Positions 1 to 38,000 of a stretch of DNA of 64,000 nt are shown piece after piece. Below the pieces are notes generated by a model. That model was not told where the DNA came from. It was given only the letters and a program-made list of their open reading frames with translations, and searched no databases. Positions within the stretch are counted from its first letter, which is position 1. Each line of letters opens with the position of its first letter. Location: contig CM082589.2 in NCBI GenBank assembly GCA_040954595.2, forward strand, positions 5,329,186 through 5,393,185. Reading direction: 5' to 3'. A program made the position numbers and the translations under genes. Origin of the DNA: Balanoglossus misakiensis (Eukaryota > Animalia > Hemichordata).

Positions 1-129
1 AACATAACTCGCAAATGTGCTATCTTGTCGCAAGAGAATGTGCAGACGCTATAAATCGGCTGAAATGCTGTTGTAATTTTGAATAAATGTATGTTAACTT
101 AATATATTGTCCGTGTCTTGTCCGTGCAG

Positions 130-1076
130 AACAACTGTCGGTGGTGGCGTCAAAACTGACAGGTCCACCAGGGCCACCCGGCCGCGGATTCGCTGGACCA
201 CAAGGTGAACCGGGCAAACAGGGACAACAAGGCCAACAAGGTCTTCAGGGACAACCGGGACCACAAGGCGGCAGAGGAATCCGTGGATTTCCTGGGTTTA
301 TCGGACCACAGGGTAACAAAGGTACGTTTCATCCTTATTCTGTCGAATGACGACACCGTCTTATGAACTTTTTCTCATGTTTGAGAAGAGACACGAAAAT
401 GATGAAATCTGCTGTAGAATATCGGGGCATGCACCATGCACAACTTTGAATGAGAGAGCAAAATTGTCTCATATTTGAAATTCAAAATGCCGATCTCTCC
501 GACTACTGGTTCAAATATGACAAGACAGTGAACACACTGCTTTCTTTTGTTTTTTTTTTAAATGACTCCGCCCTCATGCACTTTAATATAGCAATGAACA
601 AAGCCTGGTTTTGAACCGTAAGTTCCACTGTCGATTGAGTTTTGTGACAACGCGTACATTTTTTTTTCTGTTTCAGGTGAACCTGGCGATGAGGGCAGGG
701 CTGGCGCTGAAGGCAAGGGTGTGATGGGACCAGAAGGGCCACCAGGTCCAGCAGGTGAGTATCACACGGCACAAAAGATCACAACTGACAGATATTTTCC
801 TATCATTGCGAGATCTCGCGAGACTAGCAAGAAACTACCAATAATCTATCAAAAATTGATTATGCTTTTGTTTTTCTGTATTTTATCATAGGTCCACCTG
901 GCCCGTTGGGTTTGAGTAGCCCAGGACGCGATGGTGCCAGAGGCCAGCCCGGTAACCCAGGCAACCCGGGTGTCCAGGGTCGTACAGGACCGCGCGGACC
1001 GCCAGGGTATTGCGAATATTGCAACTATTCACCGGGCATTGCGGCGCTCTCATCGCAGAGGAACGTGAAGGGATAG
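130..1076 (+). CDS. FACIT-like collagen alpha chain, last three coding exons (COL1 + short NC1); 5' part lies outside the window
   Basis: Exons 130-321, 677-754 and 892-1076 have AG/GT boundaries, all phase 1. They translate to Gly-X-Y repeats with imperfections (GRGFAG, GKGVMG, GLSSPG) and end ...[32 protein letters not shown] (stop 1074-1076). This resembles the C-termini of FACIT collagens IX/XII/XXI/XXII. Confidence 0.9.
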
Positions 1077-1798
1077 ATAGAGAGACTACAGCACTAAAAA
1101 CAGTCCGACATGTTTTCCAGTTGTCTTCACCAACTGGCAGTTTTTTCTGTCAATTTGTCTGCACAACTGGAGAACAGATTGTTAAGATCACTTACTTTAT
1201 TTTTTACAATTACTTTCTCATTGCTATGCAATTTAACATTTGAGTGAATGGTGCTCCTTTTTTAATTTTAAAGGCGAGGTTTGGAGCAAAGAGAAACTTC
1301 GAAATATCCCCTTTTAAATTGCAGCTGAACAACATTTTGCATATTATTCCCACTAGTTTTACGCTAATTTTTAAATCATTATCCCCGAGGTCTGTGTTAA
1401 ATCTAAGACATCGACACACAGACAGTATTAATCAACATGGAAAATCACGGACAACTATAAGTTCATTTCAAGACTTGAAAAGTTATATTTCCTGTGATTT
1501 ATGATCTGCAAAAAGTTAAGGGAGAGAGCCAGTTGCTTCACGAATTATTTTTTCATTAGATATTTTACTTTCTATCACTTCAACGAGAATCTATGCTGAA
1601 TGGAAAAGTGTCTGGAAAGAACGACCATTGAAGTATGCTTTTAAACATTAGAAGAATGTTGTTGGGGTCGCAGCTGGAAATTCAAATTGTTCCACTCACA
1701 ACAGAAAATATTTTCGATAAAAGAAAATTTTCTCCTTATTTTAGATTTGTAAAAATATGTTTGTTTTTTAAATTCCCGGTAATAGACTAAGTACATTT

Positions 1799-2127
1799 TC
1801 TATCGATAGGGGTATCTTAGATACAAACCTTCCCAGAATTCACTGCGTGACCATAAGTGTTTCATGTCGGCCAAGGCATCATGCCACGAGGACAATCCCA
1901 AAAGATGTGAGCGAAACATTCTCGGGGTCGCGCGCGCCTTCCTGAAAGACACGTTTGCCGAAGTCCCAACGACTTCCTTTAGTCCATAAACCCTGAGACC
2001 CAAATTTCGATCAGCATCACAGAAAACTTACCTACAATATCAGTTTTGGCCAGTAAGAATAATACTGATTCATTAGCTGTAATGAATTCTGGGAACCATG
2101 CTTCGGTCAAAGGTCAGTATCGATAGA
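1799..2127. mobile_element. Possible degenerate non-autonomous DNA transposon
   Basis: CpG-richer segment of about 330 bp bounded by the 10-bp inverted repeat TCTATCGATA (1799-1808) / TATCGATAGA (2118-2127). Confidence 0.3.
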
Positions 2128-2461
2128 CAGTATACGATTGGCCATGGTTACAAGATATATCGTAGACAATAGCAAAACTGCTTCTATCTTTTATGCGTAT
2201 CCATGCGACTAACATTTCTTTTGAGATCATTATATTGCTCTAATTTGATTAAATACATAGATTTCTAGATTTAACTGCTTTCAGATCCAATGCCACCATT
2301 TTTTTTTTGATTTTGAATATTTTTTAATCTTAATTATATTCTTGGTGCTATGTTTATTTGATTTTGACACTGAAATAGACAACATGACCATTCACGTACA
2401 AGACCCACTGATAAACCGTCAGTGTCTAATGAACATGTTGTATTACCCTAGAAGTCTAGCA

Positions 2462-2567
2462 TTAAAGGGACAAAGTTTCTTTTTGAGCGTTTATTTTTCA
2501 TGAAGTGTTTGATATGAAAAGCTGTTATATCACAAAAAGGTCAAAAAGAGAGACTTTGTCCCTTTAA
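2462..2567. mobile_element. Kolobok/T2-type MITE
   Basis: TTAA-AGGGACAAAGTTTCTTTTTGA ... TCAAAAAGAGAGACTTTGTCCCT-TTAA: imperfect TIRs of about 21 bp, AGG termini, flanking TTAA. Confidence 0.7.
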
Positions 2568-2964
2568 CCATCATTTTGATTCAGAGTTCAGTTAGCTCTT
2601 ACAAAGTTACCTCAGTTAAGCCAGTTTTGCATTTGGTGCTATTCAATAAAGCCATTGTTTCTATATTGGTCAATTGTCTGTGTCTGATCTTTGCGAAAGA
2701 AATTTCCTTGCCCAAAGGGAATGCCAACGCTGCGCTATTCCTTTTCGTGCTTCTAGGATAGTGCCCCTTACGGGCAAGGAACGAGTCTGAGGGGATCCTT
2801 ATGAATATGCAAATTTCGAGCAGAAAAAAAATCAAGAGTTGCAGGCGCCCTCTAGAGATGGAACTAAAAAATTCCTGAACTGTCTTGCTTCATTGGCAAG
2901 AGACTGCATCTGGGCTATACAATGTTTAAAAGAGCTATACGAAACATAAACATTAACAACATTT

Positions 2965-5583
2965 TTAAAATGAGAAAAAATTGCCTTTATTCCTCCATTC
3001 ACTGATTACAGAATACATTATAGCAGTAATAATTAAGCTTTCAACTTCCATACTACAAAATACAGGTTTACTTGTAATTCGAATATAACACCCAATTAGA
3101 CAATGTCCCGTTCACATGAAGCCATCATTGAAGGCAGAATTTCCTGTTCTTCCAAATTTTATTTCGCGATCCAGCAGTCTGGCCTGTGAAATAGTGATGG
3201 CAAGAGCTGGTACGTGCCATGCTTACACGATGGTTATACAGATGTATTTTTCCGAATTTGTAGTCCGAGACTGCTGAAAACGTACATCAACGTGTAACGA
3301 TCGTAAAGTGATCTGATGTTCATAAAAAAAGGTGACAAATTTTTACGAGAAGAACGGAACAATACTGGGAAACATTCGTTTATGAATCAGTCGGAAATTT
3401 GTGTTGATCAGTTTAAACATTTAAATCAGAGGAACTTGTTTCACATCGGGAACAAACTTCACCAAAAAACCTACCAATACTAAAAAATTAAGGCAACGAT
3501 TGACACAGAAATTTCTGGAAAAAATCTTTGGATTAAATCGTATGAAAAATCACATCTCCCTAAGCTTTGAGGCGGCAACCAGACACTTAAATCAAGGTTC
3601 ACCCTGTCACCCCTGAATCACTAATAGAGTGGTCTAACCCGCTCATTAGGAAGCAATGGGGGTTAAAGGCCACTGTATTATTGTAACAGGGGGGAAAGAT
3701 CAGACCACAGCTTAAAAGCCTGGCAAGCAGAGACCAGACAAGTCAATTATACAATTCCGTGATACAAGCAGTTACATTTTTTACTGCGTCTAGCTTATGC
3801 AACCTACAGTGCTAGGAAATCTCATTCAGACATAATGTGTATTTTTTTTTTGGCATCCCCTACTATCAGACGCAAACAAATCTCTTTTCTTCAGTCAGAA
3901 TATTGGAAAGACTGTAAATTCACTGCCAACTACTTCTCTTAGGATGAATGGACAAAAATCTACCTAAGCTATAATACACAACTACAGTCAATGTGTTTTA
4001 ATCGCTATGCTTCAGCCCTATAGAACGAAAAAAGGCAGTTATGGGGCTGTGAAAAATAAAAAAACTTGGCTCATTCAATCAAAAGTCTTCCGTACTTTGA
4101 AGTGAATTTCAAGACGCTGTTTGCAGATAACTCAGTCCTCAGCTTGTTTTCGGCAGAAAGTGTACACCTTTTATCCAGACATCAAACAATTCCTAATGTT
4201 TGTAAAAATTATTAAAAAAAAAAATCAACGAAATTCACTTCAAAGACTGATTTATAATTGAATGGCCTGACTCGGATAATTTGTTGTGTTCTTAGTTTTA
4301 ATGGTTCAGAAACTAACCTTTTTTAATATGCGTATTTTCTAATACAGTATATAATTATGTTACAAAATAAATGCATGAATATCGTTACAACAAGCCATGG
4401 AGGTTAGCTAACCACACACAAAAAGAATACATGTACAGCCTAATGGTCAATATTAACATATACACGCTAATATGAGTCCTCAACGTACTCACAAAACATT
4501 TTATTCAGGTACATTTGTAAAATGAAAAATAACCAACCAACGCAAAAAAAAAAATTACAATATCTAAAAGACTCTCTTTCTTTCAATGTTGTTTGTTTAG
4601 TTAAATAACAAAATAAAACAGGGACCTAAATAAAGTTGAATAGTCAAACGAGATGGATCGTCTTGTATCGTTCGATGTGTATGCAGACCGTCAACCCCTC
4701 TTGCAGAATGGAATAACCTCTTGGGGACCGGTTCACTTTTCTGCAAGGGGAAGAGGTTGACAGCTGCCTTTGACAAAAAATAATTCTCTATGAAAAAAAA
4801 AATGTATGAAACGCTACTGGCATGTGAACATGTATTCAAAGGGAAAAACAAGCAATGATTCTCTTTGAGAGAAATTCTGAACTAGACTGGGGTTTAAAAA
4901 AACTCTTCTCCTAATGGCAGAGTTATTCACAATTTTATGACTGAATGCTTGAAAACTACAGTGGAAAAAAGAAGAAGCTTGTCACCCTATACTGATTTAC
5001 CCTCTAAAAGGACTAGGCTGCCAAAAAATCCCTTTTTAACTATACCCCACCAAATTCACACCACAATGACAAATCCCTCTCTCCCTGTAAGCGTGTTCTT
5101 TAAAAAAAATCCAGATGGTAGTAATTTATACGCAGAGAAAAAACTTCTCCCAGAGAAACGCAAGTACTGAAACAAGCTGTCCATATCCCGTGGCTACACT
5201 CAAAAAAGTTTCAACGATAAAAACGCCACCTGTTGATTTGTTCTTCAATATGCTGTTTCCTTCTCTCTCTCTCTCAGACACACACAGAAATTCTGCTAAA
5301 TGCATTTTTATAAGATATCAGGCATCACACACACAAAAGCTGGTTGGAGTCTGAAGTGATAAACTCATCATTTGTTAATATCCCCATTGTTTTAAATTAA
5401 TGGTGTCTCTCTCCCTCTCTCACTCGCTCATGATTGGTTAGTATAAATGATTAGGTACAACCTAGGGAATATGCGCCTCTGTCTACATAAGCCAAATAAA
5501 TGGTACATTATCTGTGTGTGTGTGTGTATGTGGTAAAATGGTTGTTAAAAAATTCTTCAATTCCGAAGTGCATGTCTAAATAT
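2965..5583 (-). other. Non-coding terminal exon (3' UTR) of the protein 4.1 gene
   Basis: GTAAGT donor at 5765, 29 nt after the stop. Strong acceptor CCATTTTCTCTCTTTTTTGTCTTTCAG ending at 5584. The 3' end is inferred from the poly(A) signal. Confidence 0.6.
2986..2991 (-). terminator. Candidate distal polyadenylation signal of the protein 4.1 gene
   Basis: AATAAA on the minus strand, followed by a GT/T-rich tract (about 2940-2965). A second minus-strand AATAAA at 4500-4505 could be a proximal site. Confidence 0.5.
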
Positions 5584-5794
5584 CTGAAAGACAAAAAAGA
5601 GAGAAAATGGGATCATTACCTTTAGCCTGTACACTGTTAGCAGAGCAACTGATGCACCTGAACTTACCGAAATCACTCCATTATTCAACTGCTTCTTTAG
5701 TTTAACACTATTTAGACTTTTCATGGCATCTTTTTACTATAATTATACTTGTGGTGCACACTTACTATTCTAAAAGGTCTGGCCTGGCATTTTT

Positions 5795-32507
<26,713 letters not shown>

Positions 32508-32723
32508 CTCCCCTTACTCTGAAAATCAACAACAATACACAAAATTTATTATTAGAAGCAGGAAGAAACGAAAGTTTACTCATTTTTTGGCAATTTATTT
32601 TTATTTACGAGATCGAGAAAGTAAAATACGACAAGTTTAAAAATTGATCAGATTACACAGTGTGCCCCGGTTCGTACGGCGGCCATATTGGATTCTGAAC
32701 TCCCTATTATTATGTACAATGAA

Positions 32724-32899
32724 CAGTGGAACCTGTCACTACGAACACCTCTCTAATCAGGACACCTCTCTATTAAGAACAAGTCTTTCAAGACTAAAGT
32801 TACAAATTGAATAGAATGTTACCTGTCTATACAGGACACCACCATATTAAGGACAGATTTTTTGGTCCCAGAGGTGTTCTTAATAGACAGGTTTCACTG
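32724..32899. mobile_element. pogo/Tigger-like (Tc1/mariner superfamily) MITE
   Basis: CAGTGGAACCTGTC ... GACAGGTTTCACTG-TA termini, with internal ACACCTCTCTA/TTAAGGACA sub-repeats. Confidence 0.7.
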
Positions 32900-34933
32900 T
32901 AATTCACAGATACTCGTTGAGATGTGAACTCTCTATTGATACAAGAGCATCGTCAATCTTAGACATGACACTGAAATAAACCTGTGACTATTCACTAATA
33001 TGCATTGTGTTCATGCTGCCCCAAGAGTCAGGTCAACCATATGGCAAAGTGACCTGCAAGCCAGCCAGTCACGTAGCAAAATCACAAGTACTTTCATTGA
33101 CAGTGTATAGCACACACCAGACAAGCTGTCACTTCAGCTAAAATTGAAACGTTGAACACTTCTCGATGTCATCGGATGGAGTGGTCATTACACCAGACAG
33201 GAACACAAATATTCATTTCTTGTGGCTAAAATGATTGGCTGTTTCAAGCCATTTCACTAATTGTACGGGCTGGCCACTCAATAGAATGGATGCATTATAC
33301 GTGTATGCAATTAATAAATATTTAACAACCTGGCTAATTTTAGACTTGCAATTACAGAGATAATGGCATATTATCTTGACAACATCTGGTATGGTTATAT
33401 TGGCAAGGACAATCATATGTAATACATCAATTTTATCACATATTTTATGACTAAAATGGCTTGTCGTTAAATTTTCAATATATTCATCAGTTATAAACAC
33501 AGAATTGGTTGGGGGCACGCTGGCATCTGACCCCGGTGACAAAAGCCACCTTTACAATTCTTCTGAATCGACCAACAAGGCCACAAACTACAACTTACAA
33601 GTAAACCTTTCATCAATGAAACCCCAACTTATGAATAACTAACCAACGATGAATAGCCCCGCTGTCTTGTCCCAACAGAGCACTACCGCCCCGGAGTAAT
33701 TCGCAGAGAGAGAGAGAGCTTTCAAAGAAATTCCATTTCATATCCACACTATGCCAGACCACCTTCAGTGTCAGCGATTAAGATGTGAAAGGAATTGGAT
33801 GAATTAGTGTGGTATTAGACAAGGTCGAGTGCACAAAAAAACACGCCATGGGAGTCAAAAATAAGAGCGTTTTCAGTGATTAAAAGTCAGAGAGGGCCAG
33901 CAAAGGCACCTAATTTACAAAGTGCATTATACTGCATCGTACTATTAGATAGGAAATCTTAGTGCTGGGATTAAGGACACTGGATGTCTAGATTGTGACT
34001 TACAATCAGATTTTGGGTTGGTAACGTGGGATAGAGTGTGACTCATGGATTTAATTCCCCGTGTCTGCTGTGTGGAGTACATAGTACTACAGACCAGGGA
34101 CATACACTTGCGCTAACAGATTTCAACCAATTGTGAAAGTGTCTTTAATCACAAATTGTGTACTAAATCACTGATGATACAACTGTCCTTGATGCAAGTC
34201 TTAGCGGTGGCCTAAAAGCTGGAATTAACAAAAATAAAGCAGATTGTGAACCAACCAAGACAAAAATACTATAGCAATTCATCTGAGGTTGTCTGCTTTT
34301 GAGTGATAGGGGCAGCAGTTCGATCCAAACATGACTGCCTCACATATTTCACTATGGGTTGAGTTATACTTAGGCATTATTGCAAACAATAAAATACCAG
34401 TATATTTAAGCACAGTACCTGCAAACTGATGGTTTTAGAATCAACTATAAAACACAGCGTGATCTCTTCCACTCTGCCGTAAAAACCAATAAAATCCTAA
34501 GGTCAGATCACATCCCACGGATTTGCCAAATTGGGATTCAATAACCAACAAAGCATGAAAATTCCATTTCCTTACTTACTAATGGCCAACACCTCTACTC
34601 GGTCGCCAGCGACAACCCAAGGTATGACCTCTGACCTATCTCAATGATGGCTTCCTCCCAAAGTATCATGTCAGGTGACCCTGACAAAATGTCTAATATT
34701 GGACCAGTCTTAAATATCCCCCGTTCTCAGGAAATCCTTATGGTTTAAGTTTCCGGATTTGTGTATTCTTGTCATCCTTTTCCAAATGTCAAATCTTCTC
34801 ATCATGTAACCTTTAGGAAAGTATACAGTGTACTTTCCTAAAGGTTGTATACATGTACATGTATATTTCCCTCGCAACAAACAACTGAAATGTGATCTTT
34901 AATATCCTGGCTTAATATCTGCATTACTCTCCC

Positions 34934-35032
34934 TTAACCCCCCCCCCCCCCCCCCCCAAGTTCCCTCGTTAGGTCCAACTATACCAGAGAATAACATGGA
35001 TTTGGACCACACCATGGTGGTGAAAGGGTTGA
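34934..35032. mobile_element. piggyBac-like MITE copy with expanded poly-C
   Basis: TTAA-C-run ... TTTGGACCACACCATGGTGGTGAAAGGGTT. Confidence 0.65.
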
Positions 35033-38000
35033 GACTACTTAGAAGAGGCAAAGCTAAAATGTAGGATTAAAACACAGGAAAAAATTCAGTTTAAGCACAC
35101 CTTCAACCATAGCATGTTTTATTATTTGTCAACTGCATGATGCAGATTGAAGTCATAAAGATATTTTGCCACGGCAAATACTGGTTGGTAACCTGGGATA
35201 TGTACAAAGGCTGGTGTTGTTTTGCTCTCAAAGCGTGTTCAATTTAGATAACTGAAACATCTTCATGGATCATAGCAACAGTTTCATGCATTAGACGACA
35301 CACAGCAGTTGTCAAGCTACATTCTAGAACTGATAAGCCTTCCAAGAACATTCAGGGATTATTGCATACATGAAACCTTTTACATGTAATAATGAACACT
35401 GGCTTGTCCCATAGTGAGGCCAGACAATAGCCTCTATTCATTTGGCTTCCTCTGGAGAAGTCCAAAAATAAACTGGCCTCAGGTCAGATAATTATTAATT
35501 TAAAATTCCACATCTATACTATACTATTACAAAGATGCTAATCACAAACAGAGACATATGTTTACATTGCTCAAGCTGGGGTGATATTAGAAACAGGCTT
35601 TATGAAACGATTTAGTTATAAATCATATGACAAGTTTTAAGATTGCAAATCTTGCCATTTATTTAAGAGCTAAAAGTAAAAGGGTACTGGATGACCTTAT
35701 AAGGACATGGCTAGGGGTGAAGGGGTTTACCTGCAAAATATGGCAGTAATAAGTATAAGCAAGAAATATCATCTGAACATGCAGCACCTTACAGCAAGAT
35801 AGATATCCCCTCTTATTATGCAAGCCCTGCAGGTAGATCAGTTCCATTCAAGTGTGGCTTAACAACCAGACTCGCATTTCAATCAACTTAAATCGGAAAT
35901 TTCCATGGCAACGGCTCTTTAGCAGCGTTTTTACAGGTATAGACCCTGACAGCCTTTCAGAGCATAGTAAGGAAGATGTATTGGTACAGGATTGTGTGTG
36001 GGCGGTTTTTTTATGTACCCTGGATTTCTTGGCAAACATTGCATACACAATACAATACATATTGCTTTTTTTACGAAGCTAAATTAAACTTTACAAGATG
36101 AAAAGACGCTCCTTTCTTTATCTTTGGATCGGATTATGCTCTTCCGTACATGTAGCTGTGAAATTAAACATTGATTTCACTAAGAAGGAATTCTGCAACA
36201 GACATACATGTACTGAAAACACAGATTTAATACAATTAAGCATGAGGCTGAGCTGATACGTATTCTGTATCTTATAACTGCACAGTCACTTGAAAAGATT
36301 TCACCGTGCCAGTGCATGGGACTGTCTTAGCTGTCTTGAGAAATAATCTCAGCGAACATAAAAATCTCCAGTAATGGCCATCAAAATGTTACTTCACCTC
36401 TACTGATCTGCACAACAATTCTGTAATGCATTTACAGTGTCATGACAGCAACGGTCAACCAAGTCTTTAACCGTTTAACCTCCTTTGAAGCAAGCAGAAA
36501 TTCTGCACACGTACCCTGTATACTCTCATTTACGTGCGACTGCACGACTTCACAATAAGCAAACTGAAATCCTGACTGAAATACAGATGTTGCTGAAATA
36601 TTTACAATATTCCAGTTGCCACCGACGACCAAGGAACACGCCAAGGACGAATCAGGTCGCGCCAGAGTTTATCGAAATCGACCACACTGTACTCCCAGAG
36701 TTCACAGCCGCCCACATGCGAACTTTCGATCCCACAGCAGGTGTACATTTCGTACCTGAAATATATCACAGGCTACCACGCTTGACGCAATCCGCCTCAG
36801 TACATCCCCCGAGAGGATAATATTAATTATGAATCATATTCAGTGTCACTAGATCCTGTGACAAAATTCCAATAACCATTACAGCCGATAATTTGTAAGC
36901 GAAACCCTGCTGTCGTTTATAAACCAACAAAAATTATTACAATAATTCACCCTTGGGTGTTTCAACAGATACTTTTGACATGAAATATTTGATGCCCTGA
37001 TCATACATTCTGATAGTAAGCAACCTTGAGTATATTCAACTCCCCCTGAATAACCAAGGCCTGTCATTGATGCTTATTTAAATAGAAAATGACCTACAGA
37101 ACAACCTTCTGCATGCATATTTACATGGTTTCTGATGTTCATGTTGGTGATTTTCGAGTTAAGTACCTGGCGGCAATCCTACTTACATGTAGGGGAAGGT
37201 ACATGTACACATGATTTTAGTTTTTCATCTGTGAATGTTCACTGATTCAGCCGTGAGTCACCAACCTCCAGATCCCTTACCCAAGATGATTAATCTGGCA
37301 AACGACACAGGGTCAAACTTGCATGTTTCAAACTGGCGGCACCCTGGGACTCAGGACAGAGCTGAAATACCTACCATTTGAAAGCTACTCTGATTGCGCT
37401 TCCCACATCTTTAACAGTTATACGTATATTATTATGAATGAGAATTATTTTTACACATACATTACACTTTGAAATCAAAAGCAACTTACATGTAGAAAAA
37501 TTCCAAACCACACCCATAATCGATGAGGCAATTTCATCAACGGATTACCTATTCCACCCATACAGCAGTTAAGCACTTTGTTTTATTGGGGTTGCAACTA
37601 AACGGCCTAGTCATTCGCAATGATGAATCATGTGCATGCACTTATTACTATATAGCACCTGAAGGTAACACAGCAATTGCGGAACCATGCAATAATTTGG
37701 ATCTGTTAACAATGATGGCTCTCAAGAAGCAAAACCACAGGCCAAGCATAGCTCTGATCTTTACTATAAAACTTACACAGGCAATTGTAAACATGGCACT
37801 ATCTACACTTACACATGTACATGTACAATGTAACCTCACAGTTGATGTTTCAATTCAACTCTGATGTTCCAAACACATTTGGTACATGTAGGTAGCCGTG
37901 GTAACCGATAACACTGCGAAGATAAGCGCCCATCTACTTGACTTTTCCAAAATTAGAAACAAATTAAAAAAGCCCACATTTTTCCTCCCAAGTAGGTACT

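Noticed and set aside
20-772. Minus-strand ORFs 20-217, 150-356 and 503-772
   Set aside because: Antisense shadows of the Gly-X-Y collagen exons.
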